A DNA stretch of 64,000 nucleotides from a virus (IMGVR_UViG_2901201504_000001:32001-96000), one strand, 5' to 3'. Counted from the first letter of the stretch, positions 11,067-20,622 are shown. Numbers and translations are program-made. The notes: a model not told the origin generated them from the sequence alone.

Positions 11067-12308
11067 CTATAAAAGTTCAGCTAATTGAGCCGTATCACTA
11101 CGTTCAGTTTTGTCTAATGTAGCTAATCCGAATAAGATTTCTTTTTTTAAATTAGATAGTGCTCTAACGCCACTGTTATTTTTGTATACATCTTTATCTG
11201 TTTGTTTTAAATCTCCATTCAACCATAGTTCAGAGCCTTTACCTACACGACCTATCAGCAGTCTAAAATGCTCAACCGTGTTATTCTGACATTCAGTAAC
11301 GTAGATAATAGAGTTCTTTATGTCACGACCTCTAAGACTACCTAAATGTTGAATTTCAATTTTGCCTTGTCGAATTAAAACTTCTAAGCTTTCAATACCA
11401 CCGACATGATCTGCTAATGGCATAGCGAATTCAATAAGCTTTTCAAACTTATCTCCTGGTAATATGCCTAGAGTAGGCACGTCAGCTAATTCAACATTAT
11501 TCCTAGCCCAAATTAATTTGTCCATCTTACCTTGTTCAATTAAATCTAAAGCATGAGAAATCATTACAAAGTCTTTACCAACACCGTATTTACCAAAGCA
11601 AGCTTTAATAGTAATATCGTTGTTTTGCAACAAATCAAATAACATTTCTTGTTTCTTATTAATCGGTTTAACTTTTTCAGTAAATCTATTATGTATCGGT
11701 TTAAATTTCAACTTTACATACTTATATCCATCGAAACGAAATGAATCAATAAATGCATATCTATTTTGTATTCCATTACTATATGTAGGTTTTTCTTTAT
11801 CCCATATGTACAAATATTCATTAATGTTTAAATTGAATATGTTTCGTTCTGGTAATTCGTATATACTTGCTAATAATTCTTGGTCTTCCTTAGTTGATGT
11901 TACGAAAAATTCATGTACACCTGAATATTCTTCTTTGGATTGATTGTTAAATTCAATAACTTCAATTCCAAACCCTTTAGCTTTGTAGGTGAGTAAAACA
12001 TCGTTTGAAATAAGTGAATAATTTTGTTTCACACAACATGCCAAGATATTGTTATCTTCATATCGATCATCGTAATCGATGCCTAATTCAAATCCGTTAT
12101 AATCTCTTGCATCAAATTCAAATTTATCTAGGTTATCTTTAATGTATCTAGAAACAACTCTTGCTCTGTATTTCAAATCCTCATATTTACTCGATTTATG
12201 TTTCTCTAACTCTCTAAGTACATGAGAGGTAAGAACGATCTTGTACTCATCTAATTGCTCAATGTAATCCAAAATAATATTTGTATCCGCTACAAAGAGT
12301 TTATCCAT
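11067..12308 (-). CDS. PIN-domain + PhoH-family ATPase (PhoH2-like)
   Basis: N-terminal PIN motif VADTNIILD...ELEKHK...SNDVLL; PhoH motifs GKYGVGKD, LRGRDI, ECQN, GDLKQTD. Confidence 0.85.
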   Translation of the reverse strand: MDKLFVADTNIILDYIEQLDEYKIVLTSHVLRELEKHKSSKYEDLKYRARVVSRYIKDNLDKFEFDARDYNGFELGIDYDDRYEDNNILACCVKQNYSLISNDVLLTYKAKGFGIEVIEFNNQSKEEYSGVHEFFVTSTKEDQELLASIYELPERNIFNLNINEYLYIWDKEKPTYSNGIQNRYAFIDSFRFDGYKYVKLKFKPIHNRFTEKVKPINKKQEMLFDLLQNNDITIKACFGKYGVGKDFVMISHALDLIEQGKMDKLIWARNNVELADVPTLGILPGDKFEKLIEFAMPLADHVGGIESLEVLIRQGKIEIQHLGSLRGRDIKNSIIYVTECQNNTVEHFRLLIGRVGKGSELWLNGDLKQTDKDVYKNNSGVRALSNLKKEILFGLATLDKTERSDTAQLAELL

Positions 12309-12432
12309 ATTATTGCTCCTTTTATTTATTCAGAATGGCAGTAGGAGCTTACCCTACAAGGAGTCGCCATTCTGTTAATTAATATAAAATAAGAAAGGGA
12401 ATGGGAGACTAACTCCTCACTTCCCATATGTA

Positions 12433-12774
12433 TTATTGATTTACAGCGTCTTTGTAACCTTTAGCTGGTTTGAATTTAGGAGCGTTCTTAGCAGCAATAT
12501 CAACCTGTGCTTGCGCCTTAGCTTCTTCATCACTCAAACCTTGAGCTTTTAATTCAGATAGTAATTTTGGATTAATACCTTTACGAGCAGCAGATTCTTT
12601 AACTTCAAATGAACCGAATCCTCGAAAATCTAGTTTGTCTTGTTTAGATAGTTCAATAATTGTTTCTAATACATTATCAACTAACTGCTCAGTTTCTTTA
12701 TTATTTAATGAAATACCTGTGCTTTCATTTACTGTTTGCAGTTCTTTTGCGAATTCTTTTTTATTAATAGCCAT
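12433..12774 (-). CDS. HU-family DNA-binding protein (YonN-like) with arm insertion
   Basis: NKKEFAKEL, GFGSFEV, ARKGINP, PKFKPAK. Confidence 0.85.
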   Translation of the reverse strand: MAINKKEFAKELQTVNESTGISLNNKETEQLVDNVLETIIELSKQDKLDFRGFGSFEVKESAARKGINPKLLSELKAQGLSDEEAKAQAQVDIAAKNAPKFKPAKGYKDAVNQ

Positions 12775-12832
12775 TTATATAATCATCCTTTTACGTTAAT
12801 TTATTTTTAAAATCTATATTATAAGTATGTAT

Positions 12833-12892
12833 TTACTTTTTCTTAACGTTAATTACTACACCATTTTGATCAACTTGATAGGTAAGTGCCAT
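12833..12892 (-). CDS. Putative 19-aa peptide MALTYQVDQNGVVINVKKK
   Basis: ATG preceded by AAGGAG at normal spacing; below the ORF-track cutoff. Confidence 0.35.
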   Translation of the reverse strand: MALTYQVDQNGVVINVKKK

Positions 12893-13168
12893 TTAATCAA
12901 CTCCTTTAAATAAAATATTGCTTTTATGTCATTTTGCTGATATGATATAATTGGGTAAAAATGAGGTTTATTTAAAAATAAGAATGAGGGAAAGAATAAA
13001 TAACCCTTTACTTGTACACTAGTTTTTTCTTTCCTTTAACGACGGTTATCTCAAAAAACACCAAAGTCCCTTGAAGCCTACAGCCACAAGGGATTGACGA
13101 GTTTTGAAATTTTGTTGATTTTTTAACGATTGCTGAAACCGTTGGGAGAGTAAGGCTCAAGTCAGTTT

Positions 13169-15706
13169 CTAAACCGTTACAGACTTTTTAAATCGATACT
13201 CTCTAACCCTTTCTCTCGTTTGCTTTCTTTGAATTTCCTTCCAACAATGAGCACAATACTGACTTCTATTGTTAATCTTCTTTACACGCTTTCCACATTC
13301 ACTACACTGTATTGTATTCTTTAAGTTTTTTTGCAGGTTTTTAAGAATCACATCTCCAAAGGCTTCCCATAATGTTGTCTTATATTTACTTTTCTTTTCA
13401 ATATATAAGTATTTTATCAACATATCAGCAACTTGATTAATATTGCTATTTATTTCTAATAACTTATTTCTCAAATTATCATATATGTATATATTTGAGT
13501 CACTATGTTTAGATGATTCATGGTTTCTGAGTAATATATCTTTATTTCTATCGAATTCCTCATATGTCACTATGATTCTATCATCCACTTCTATGTCTTT
13601 ATCTAGAAAGAGTTTTTCTGGATTAAGAGTACCTGCAATATCTTCATATTTGATCCTTTTATTAGGAATAATTCTATTCAGTTTATTTACTGTACTATGA
13701 TTTATTTTAACGACATTTTTCTTTTTCTTATCTTTTGCGTAAACAAAGAAATGAGGAACTTTATCTTTTATATAATCTGAAATTTTTTCATCTACATGTT
13801 TCGGTCTAGTTGGCATAAACAATGTCTTAGCAAAATCAATAGTAAAGTTATTCTCCATACAAAGCCATTTGATAACATCTAGATTCACATTATCACTATT
13901 CCATATCTTAGTGATATTATTACTAATTTCTCCAATGTTGGCCTTATAAGCAAGAATCAAACTGTTATAGATATTTTCACTATTAATTTTCTGTGCTTCA
14001 GCTTTAGACATTTCATAATAAAGAGGAACTATGCCTTTCATGTTACGCTCTGCTACATTAATAAATGTCTCGTCTTGAATAACTAACGCTTTATCTCCAT
14101 CGTTATCGAATTGTAGCATCTTACTAATTGGATCAAGAACACTTGTGTAAATGCCATTTGTAATAAACCATTCAGTTTTATTTTCATCAATGACATTATT
14201 CTTAATCGCATGTTCACGATAGAGGTGAGGAGATCGTAATACATCTACTTTTCCTTCATGAAATAAATTACAGTAAATTTCATTATTATGTAGTAATCCT
14301 TTAGGTTCTTCAATGGCCATGAACAATTTCTCGCAAAATGCATATAAGTCAGGACATAAGAAAGTATACTTACCATTAATATTTAATTTACCTGCCCTTG
14401 CATCCCTTACCATGCTTTTTTTCTTATCTTTAATGGTTTGTTTTGCATGAGCATCATTCAATAGCTCAGGGTATATATATAATCCTCCTTGGAAATAGTT
14501 CTTATTTTTATTATGCTTTGTAGCACCTAATACACGTAACATTGTTTCTTTGTTACTACCTACAGAAAGAATATCATCTATTGTTGATGAGCTAATTTTT
14601 TCTAATTCTTCATCTGTAATATCTGTTAGAGTTTGCAACATTTGATAATTCAACATAGCATCATTGGAAGTATCTTCAACATTTAATTTAGCAGCTTGGC
14701 ATTTATGTTGCTTGAATCTACTTTTATAGTCATCCCAGTCCTCATAATATTTCCACATTTTAAATTGACTTTTAGTAAAAATAATCTGAATATCATCTTC
14801 AACAATATCCCATTCTTTATTATAGATATCGATCACTTTTGTTGAGGAATCGTCTAAAGATGAGAATTTTTTAAAGTCAAATGGTACTAACAAACCTTTA
14901 AGGAAGGGGAGTCTACACATAAAAGACTTTTTAGACTTAGAAGGCAGAATCATCCCACATCCGTCTGTATGTTCAATTTCAATATCCATAGTCTGTCTAG
15001 TTATCTCATATGTATCACGATTAATATAGTCAACTTCACTATAAACATCGGTAGCTAAATCAGGTACTACTATAGCTTTATCAATATTAAATCCTTTCCA
15101 TTCATTCGTTGCACTGTTGGTTAATGCTAGATAGCTTAAATATTTATTTACATTACTACCGCCCTTAGAATTGATTTCTTCCACAGATAAACCACATGTC
15201 AAAGAATCTTTATGTTTCAACCATACTGACTCTTTTATGAAAACACCTTTCTTTGTTCTAATTTGACCAGCAGAACTAGAGAAATAAACATAATGTTCTC
15301 CATTGTAATCAAAACCATCCGAAATTAAATCATTCAATACTTTATAGTGATAAGCTCTGATAGTAATAATGTCCATTGTGATTGTATTTTCTTTTGCTCC
15401 GATTGTTCTCGATAATGATGATTCAAAAATAGAAATTACATTGGAATCCTTAAGGTTGTCTTGGTTTAATCTACGGACATTCCTGTTCAGGTTGAATTCC
15501 TTTCTTAGATTTTTCTTCAATTCATTAACACGCTTATTAATTAATTTTATTTTTATCTTCTCTGACTTGTTTAATTTTTTCTTATGGATCAAGTATCTCA
15601 TCATTAAATTATGTATGAATGCTTCTTTTTTATTATAAAAAGCAGAAGTATCTACTGAGTATATGTAAACTTGTTTGTCCAATCCCTTAGCCATTAAATC
15701 CCTCAC
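13169..15706 (-). CDS. yonO: YonO-type single-subunit DNA-dependent RNA polymerase
   Basis: 845 aa; TDGCG, RSPHL and catalytic QFDNDGD (DxDGD); C-terminal CxxC..CxxC; upstream of the late genes. Confidence 0.9.
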   Translation of the reverse strand: MRDLMAKGLDKQVYIYSVDTSAFYNKKEAFIHNLMMRYLIHKKKLNKSEKIKIKLINKRVNELKKNLRKEFNLNRNVRRLNQDNLKDSNVISIFESSLSRTIGAKENTITMDIITIRAYHYKVLNDLISDGFDYNGEHYVYFSSSAGQIRTKKGVFIKESVWLKHKDSLTCGLSVEEINSKGGSNVNKYLSYLALTNSATNEWKGFNIDKAIVVPDLATDVYSEVDYINRDTYEITRQTMDIEIEHTDGCGMILPSKSKKSFMCRLPFLKGLLVPFDFKKFSSLDDSSTKVIDIYNKEWDIVEDDIQIIFTKSQFKMWKYYEDWDDYKSRFKQHKCQAAKLNVEDTSNDAMLNYQMLQTLTDITDEELEKISSSTIDDILSVGSNKETMLRVLGATKHNKNKNYFQGGLYIYPELLNDAHAKQTIKDKKKSMVRDARAGKLNINGKYTFLCPDLYAFCEKLFMAIEEPKGLLHNNEIYCNLFHEGKVDVLRSPHLYREHAIKNNVIDENKTEWFITNGIYTSVLDPISKMLQFDNDGDKALVIQDETFINVAERNMKGIVPLYYEMSKAEAQKINSENIYNSLILAYKANIGEISNNITKIWNSDNVNLDVIKWLCMENNFTIDFAKTLFMPTRPKHVDEKISDYIKDKVPHFFVYAKDKKKKNVVKINHSTVNKLNRIIPNKRIKYEDIAGTLNPEKLFLDKDIEVDDRIIVTYEEFDRNKDILLRNHESSKHSDSNIYIYDNLRNKLLEINSNINQVADMLIKYLYIEKKSKYKTTLWEAFGDVILKNLQKNLKNTIQCSECGKRVKKINNRSQYCAHCWKEIQRKQTRERVREYRFKKSVTV

Positions 15707-15763
15707 ATTCGCTTTATTTCTAAAATTTCATTCTATTTATTTTTTTAGTTATTTAACTTTTAA

Positions 15764-15988
15764 TTAATATCCTCCAAGTAAATCCATCTTATGTTTTAAA
15801 TTACGACTAAATCTATTATGTATTAATCCATCTACTCTAACACAAGCATCATAAAATCTAATTTCTCGATTACTAGCCTCATTGTTTAATATTCTTTGAG
15901 ATAAGAATTCAATCACCTCATCATCTCTCCATCCACGTTTAATAGACTTGTACATACTCTTCACCTCCTGTATATAAGTATTCGACAT
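15764..15988 (-). CDS. Small protein upstream of yonO (YonP-like position)
   Basis: 74 aa, RBS AAGGAG. Confidence 0.5.
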   Translation of the reverse strand: MSNTYIQEVKSMYKSIKRGWRDDEVIEFLSQRILNNEASNREIRFYDACVRVDGLIHNRFSRNLKHKMDLLGGY

Positions 15989-16016
15989 TTATATTTCATC
16001 TCCTTTATTAATATTA

Positions 16017-16065
16017 ATTTATTTAACTTTTATTTATCATAACGGACATATCCTAATTTTGTAAA
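16017..16065 (-). promoter_or_regulatory. SigA-type promoter for the yonP-yonO genes with adjacent repressor-operator repeat
   Basis: TTTACA-N18-TATGAT on minus strand followed by AAATAAAAGTTAAATAAA. Confidence 0.5.
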
Positions 16066-16116
16066 GTGTAATTTTAATTTTTCTGAAAAAAATTTACAAA
16101 GTCATAAGTACAAGCA

Positions 16117-16180
16117 GATATTACATAATCTTTGAATATCTTTAAGAATCTACAAAGATTTTTAAAAATCTATACAGATA
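16117..16180. repeat. 10-bp phased GATW/WATC array (candidate tubC centromere/operator)
   Basis: GATA, AATC, TATC, AATC, GATT, AATC, GATA at 16117, 16127, 16137, 16147, 16157, 16167, 16177. Confidence 0.55.
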
Positions 16181-16193
16181 CAGGAGGATTTTC

Positions 16194-16475
16194 ATGGATT
16201 ACTTTGTTCACACTGTACTCAAATCTAGTCAAGAAGAGTTAGTATTGCTCAATGTATTAAATGAACATCAGGCTTACAATACTTATACATTTCTAACAAA
16301 GCAACAAATCAAAGACCAATCACATTTATCCGAATCAATTGTAAGAAAAACTCTGCTCATATTAGAAAGACTTCAATTTATTAATTCAATTTGCACGAAC
16401 AAAACAAAAGGGTACTATCTTACGAATCATGGTTTATTAGCAATTGAAAAAATCCTAGAGGGAGTGAATGAATAA
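16194..16475 (+). CDS. Winged-helix DNA-binding protein (TubR-like adaptor)
   Basis: wHTH-like LTKQQIKDQSHLSESIVRKTLLILERLQFI...GYYLTNHG; TAATG-coupled to the tubulin gene. Confidence 0.65.
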   Translation: MDYFVHTVLKSSQEELVLLNVLNEHQAYNTYTFLTKQQIKDQSHLSESIVRKTLLILERLQFINSICTNKTKGYYLTNHGLLAIEKILEGVNE

Positions 16476-17581
16476 TGATAGGTGTAATTGGTTTAGGTCA
16501 AGCTGGAGGAAATGTTGCAAACTTATTTGCCGAAAGAGGAATTCAAACTGCTGCAATTAACTATTCATCCAAAGACCTAGAGACTTGTAATCACATAGAA
16601 AACAAATTAAAACTCATTGGATCAGAAGGAGTTGGTAAACAAAGAGAGGAAGCAATTCGACTATTTCACAACAATTATGAATCAGCTTTAATATTCATTA
16701 AAGAGCATTTCTCACAACCTTCTGTTGAATTAATCTTTATTGTTTTTAGTGCGGCAGGAGGGAGTGGAAGTGGTATAGCTTCAATATTATCCGAGCTACT
16801 ACTCAACGAAATGCAGGAAAAAACTTTCATAATTTGCCCCATCATTCCTACTGTCTCAGAGTGCATTACAGCGCAATTAAACACTCTAGATACATTGACT
16901 AGCCTAAGTGAATTAGAAGCCTGTATCATTCCATTGGACAACGAGAAGGGGATGTCTAAGGGCGCTAAAGACAAATCTTACCACTTTATAAATCAGACGT
17001 TTGTAGACACTATTTTAACGATAGCTGACTACACTAATATGCATTCAATCACAGGAAACTTTGATGCAAGGGACTTGCGTACATTGTTGTCTACAACTGG
17101 ATTCTGCTCAATTGGACAATGTGACATTTCACATCTAAAGAATGAAGACATATCCGTAAATATCGAAGTTGTATCTAAAAAAGTAAGAACATCGCATTTT
17201 GAGTCAATCTTCACATCTCCTTCATTGGAACAAATAGTACGATCAGGCTTAATATTTGATGGGCAAGAATCATTAATGTATTGTGTCGATCTTGATAAAA
17301 TTCACAATCAATTTCCCAATCAACCTTTGGATGTTTTTGAAGGCTATTATACAGAAGAAAAAGGGAGAGTAATATCTATTTACTGTGGTTTAAAATTTAA
17401 CAGTACAAGATTAAATCAGATTGAAAAATTAGCAACTGAACGAATAGAATCTTTCCAAAACACTCATCAAAGCACATCTATATCCATAAAAAGACCAACT
17501 CTTAAAAGCCCAATTATGTCATCTAAACCTAAGAAATCGCTATCTGATATTCTAAATAAACACAAGAAAACTAATATATAA
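16475..17581 (+). CDS. Tubulin/FtsZ-superfamily GTPase (TubZ/PhuZ-like)
   Basis: GLGQAGGN, GSEGVGK, signature AAGGSGSG, PLDN, T7-loop-like NFDARD, basic C-terminal tail. Confidence 0.85.
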   Translation: MIGVIGLGQAGGNVANLFAERGIQTAAINYSSKDLETCNHIENKLKLIGSEGVGKQREEAIRLFHNNYESALIFIKEHFSQPSVELIFIVFSAAGGSGSGIASILSELLLNEMQEKTFIICPIIPTVSECITAQLNTLDTLTSLSELEACIIPLDNEKGMSKGAKDKSYHFINQTFVDTILTIADYTNMHSITGNFDARDLRTLLSTTGFCSIGQCDISHLKNEDISVNIEVVSKKVRTSHFESIFTSPSLEQIVRSGLIFDGQESLMYCVDLDKIHNQFPNQPLDVFEGYYTEEKGRVISIYCGLKFNSTRLNQIEKLATERIESFQNTHQSTSISIKRPTLKSPIMSSKPKKSLSDILNKHKKTNI

Positions 17582-17597
17582 AAATAGTAAATTATCA

Positions 17598-17732
17598 TTA
17601 CCCGTCAGTTTACCTGATACTTTATTTTCATTACCTAATCGTTACCCATTATCATTACCAGTTGATTTTACAATATCGGTAATTACCCAAACAGCAGGTA
17701 ATGGAAAATCGGTAAGTATAAAACGTTGGTAA
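17598..17732. repeat. Cluster of TTACC direct repeats followed by inverted GGTAA copies
   Basis: TTACC at 17598, 17610, 17631, 17642, 17655, 17683; GGTAA at 17678, 17697, 17711, 17728. Confidence 0.6.
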
Positions 17733-17781
17733 TAAACCTTTAGATTTAATTTTCACATATAATTCTTCCTTAAATAAAATG

Positions 17782-17840
17782 AAAAAAGAAGTTTGAGTTT
17801 CAGTTGTAAATTTTCTTCTGAATTCAAGCTTCTTTTTTTT
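17782..17840. terminator. Bidirectional hairpin terminator
   Basis: AAAAAAGAAG...CTTCTTTTTTTT inverted repeat between convergent genes. Confidence 0.55.
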
Positions 17841-17845
17841 GAAAT

Positions 17846-18022
17846 TTATTCAATGATTCCTACTTCATGTAAAAATGTTAAAAGTTCATGTAATCTTTTT
17901 CTGCTCATTCCTGTTTTTTCTATTACATAATCAGAGGTGAATTCCAACTTCTCTTCAAACTTAGGAGGCTCGTATGTACCCCATGAACCAATTGACATAT
18001 GTCCACGTACATTTTCACTCAT
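17846..18022 (-). CDS. 58-aa HTH-like protein missed by the ORF track
   Basis: MSENVRGH...SDYVIEKTGMSRKRLHELLTFLHEVGIIE; RBS GGGAGG. Confidence 0.55.
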   Translation of the reverse strand: MSENVRGHMSIGSWGTYEPPKFEEKLEFTSDYVIEKTGMSRKRLHELLTFLHEVGIIE

Positions 18023-18165
18023 TTACCTTTGCCTCCCTTGTTCGTTCTATCTAAAAAATCATTTACTGCATCTCTTGGATCTTGTTTGTAAATAAATGAC
18101 ATGTTTTCCAACTCCGTTTATAATTATCTTAATAGTAGTCTTACCTCAAGGAGTTGACGTTATAC

Positions 18166-18597
18166 ATGAAAGAAAAAGTTACTTTAACCGTAGATATAAC
18201 TATGAAAAACTATGTAAATATTAAAAATCTCATTGGTTATTGTAAGTACAACAACTTGATTATCAGCGAAAATTTACCTACCACTGACGAAGAAATAATT
18301 AATGCTGCACTATTTTCTTACTTTGAGAAGATTGAAACAATCGTAAGATATTATAATGTGGATAAATCAGCATTGAATTTAGAAGAAGGAACAAAAATTA
18401 AAAATAGGATAAAAGAAATATTAAAGATGACTGGTATGAAACAGAAAGAATTATCTGAATTAACAGGTATTGAAACAGCTACATTATCTGCAATGTTATC
18501 TAACAGAAACCAACCATCAATCGAAAACTTTTTGCGTATATGGACTGTGTTAGGGTGTCCACCAATTGAAGAAGTATTCTACAGAGAGAAGGAGTGA
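18166..18597 (+). CDS. XRE-family HTH regulator (C-terminal HTH)
   Basis: NRIKEILKMTGMKQKELSELTGIETATLSAMLSNRNQPS. Confidence 0.75.
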   Translation: MKEKVTLTVDITMKNYVNIKNLIGYCKYNNLIISENLPTTDEEIINAALFSYFEKIETIVRYYNVDKSALNLEEGTKIKNRIKEILKMTGMKQKELSELTGIETATLSAMLSNRNQPSIENFLRIWTVLGCPPIEEVFYREKE

Positions 18598-18642
18598 TCC
18601 TTCTTTTTTGTTGTTTGTAGATTTTTTTAAAATTTATTATAC

Positions 18643-18670
18643 ATAGTACAATCAACGTCATCCATATACT
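18643..18670 (+). promoter_or_regulatory. Possible SigE/SigK-type sporulation promoter
   Basis: ATA-N17-CATATACT upstream of RBS GGAGG and the membrane-protein operon. Confidence 0.3.
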
Positions 18671-18687
18671 TAATCAAACAACCGGAG

Positions 18688-18879
18688 GTGATTAACATGA
18701 TGTTTGCAACTGTATTAGCTTTGAAAATTGGAGCATTAGGAAGTGTGGGTGTAGGAATTGCAAGTGCATTAAAATTATTTCATAACTACGAATGGAAACA
18801 ATCATCTAAGAAAGGTGTGAAATATGATGACAACTATGACAGTGAATCTTTGCGTGAAAAAGCAAGACGAATTAATTAA
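18688..18879 (+). CDS. Small single-TM protein
   Basis: Hydrophobic N-terminus; RBS GGAGGTG. Confidence 0.5.
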   Translation: MINMMFATVLALKIGALGSVGVGIASALKLFHNYEWKQSSKKGVKYDDNYDSESLREKARRIN

Positions 18880-19393
18880 ATACAATGATTTTAATCAATT
18901 TGTTTTTCGACAAACTGAGGAGAGTACCAATGTAAATTTTCATTTACCAACAATAAAGGAGGTGAAAAGTTTACCAAAGAAAACGAAAAAGAAATTTCAC
19001 AAAATTGCAGTATCATTTCTAGCAACTGTAGCAACTTACATGGTATCCGCATCAAAATCAATGGCAAGTACTGTACTGCCATCAACATCAAACGACATCA
19101 TAAACATTCCGGCAACAGCACAGGGACTTCCTCCAGAACTTATGCAGATATTCGGAACAGGTCTAGTAATATTAGTAGCTGTAGCAGTTCTACTTTGCAT
19201 GGCAATGTTGATGGGAGCAGGCCTATTAAGAGCAATGAGGAAGAAAAAAGAAGCGAGCGAATGGACAGGAGACATCATAAAAGGATTAGTTCAAGTACTT
19301 TTAGCACCACCAATCATATTTTTAATCTTCTATATAGCAACAATCCTGTTCACCGGTTCAAGTTGGTTCATCAATCCTTTCGTAATACGCTAA
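18824..19393 (+). CDS. Membrane protein with pilin/VirB2-like C-terminal hairpin
   Basis: Signal-like segment ending SMA, then two long hydrophobic helices joined by basic loop RAMRKKKE. Confidence 0.45.
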   Translation: MMTTMTVNLCVKKQDELIKYNDFNQFVFRQTEESTNVNFHLPTIKEVKSLPKKTKKKFHKIAVSFLATVATYMVSASKSMASTVLPSTSNDIINIPATAQGLPPELMQIFGTGLVILVAVAVLLCMAMLMGAGLLRAMRKKKEASEWTGDIIKGLVQVLLAPPIIFLIFYIATILFTGSSWFINPFVIR

Positions 19394-20496
19394 AAAAGGT
19401 AGCTATCCCATTTGCAGTATTATCTACATCCTCACTATTATTTACATTAAAAGCTTCTGCTGAATCTTTTTGGGAAAGAGGGGATATCACAAAACATGGT
19501 TTATTTAATAAAGAGAATATCTTAGAACGTGGCGGATCAATTCAGGAATTTAAAGATGTTACTGAAAAGCTAGGTATGATTCTCGATAAAATCATTAAAG
19601 GAATGGATTGGATTGCATACGCTTGGTATCATCCTGATGAAATGTCTATTAAACTCCTAACATCTATCTACGAAGTACTAACTAAAGTCGTACTAACTAC
19701 CCCTACATTCATTTTCAATAATACTTTCATTCAAAGCATTTCATTAAAATTCTCATTAATTAGCATTGTTATAGTCACTGCTTTAACTATCGTTGAATCA
19801 ATTATGCAAATTACAAGACAAAAACATACGAAAATCAAAACAATTATAAAACGCTATTTTGGAGTGGTTACTGTTACTGGTTTTGCTCCATTCTTATTTG
19901 AAAAAGGCTTTGACTTTATTAACAAATTAACTTCATCAATTATTTCATTAGGTGGAGATTTCAGCAGAGCTACTACCACTGTGCAAACTATGGGAATGGC
20001 AAATCTGGATGTGTTAATTATGTTTGCATTTGATATTACTCTTTTAGCTATGTTAATTCCTATAATGCTTCAAAACGGTAGACGATGGTGGGATTTAATG
20101 TGTTTATCTGCAACTGCACCAATAGCCGGAGTCGCATTTGTATTTGATCGATACAGACATTACTTTGATTCCTGGTGGAGTTCGGTAAAACGTTTATCAA
20201 TGATTCAATTAGTGTATGGTGTGTTTATCACTTTACTAGGTGTATTTATTTTTGCCACTAGAGATATGGTCACAGGTTGGGAATTGATTATCAAATTACT
20301 TATAGCAGCAGGAGGAATGTGGAGATTATTAAATCCACCAAGAATAGTTCTGAATTTAACACAAGGAGACGGTAAAGATGTATTCAACATGTATGACGAC
20401 TATAAATCTGGAGCTAAAAAAGTCATTGATACTGTTACATTCAAAAACTTTAGACCTGTCAATTTCATCAAAAGTAAATTAAAAAAGAATAAATAG
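19195..20496 (+). CDS. Polytopic membrane protein (VirB6/TrbL-like); true start probably near 19363
   Basis: Signal peptide ending ASA, ~6 hydrophobic helices, RWWDLMCLSATAPIA...FDSWW pattern reminiscent of Gram-positive VirB6-like proteins. Confidence 0.5.
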   Translation: MHGNVDGSRPIKSNEEEKRSERMDRRHHKRISSSTFSTTNHIFNLLYSNNPVHRFKLVHQSFRNTLKKVAIPFAVLSTSSLLFTLKASAESFWERGDITKHGLFNKENILERGGSIQEFKDVTEKLGMILDKIIKGMDWIAYAWYHPDEMSIKLLTSIYEVLTKVVLTTPTFIFNNTFIQSISLKFSLISIVIVTALTIVESIMQITRQKHTKIKTIIKRYFGVVTVTGFAPFLFEKGFDFINKLTSSIISLGGDFSRATTTVQTMGMANLDVLIMFAFDITLLAMLIPIMLQNGRRWWDLMCLSATAPIAGVAFVFDRYRHYFDSWWSSVKRLSMIQLVYGVFITLLGVFIFATRDMVTGWELIIKLLIAAGGMWRLLNPPRIVLNLTQGDGKDVFNMYDDYKSGAKKVIDTVTFKNFRPVNFIKSKLKKNK

Positions 20497-20508
20497 TGAG
20501 GTGTTAGC

Positions 20509-20622
20509 ATGATAACCTTATTAGTTTGCAATACAATAATGCTCATCATAAATTCATTTGTCTTATATGTAAACAGTGACTTAATAAGCAAGGTGATGGA
20601 AGATGATAAGAATAGGTACTAA
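20509..20622 (+). CDS. 37-aa single-TM peptide
   Basis: MITLLVCNTIMLIINSFVLYV..., RBS GAGGTG, overlaps the ftsK-like start. Confidence 0.45.
   Translation: MITLLVCNTIMLIINSFVLYVNSDLISKVMEDDKNRY

Noticed and set aside
13169-15706. RNA-dependent RNA polymerase / RNAi-like system
   Set aside because: The family resembles eukaryotic RdRPs, but YonO is an established DNA-dependent late-gene polymerase, so it is not novel
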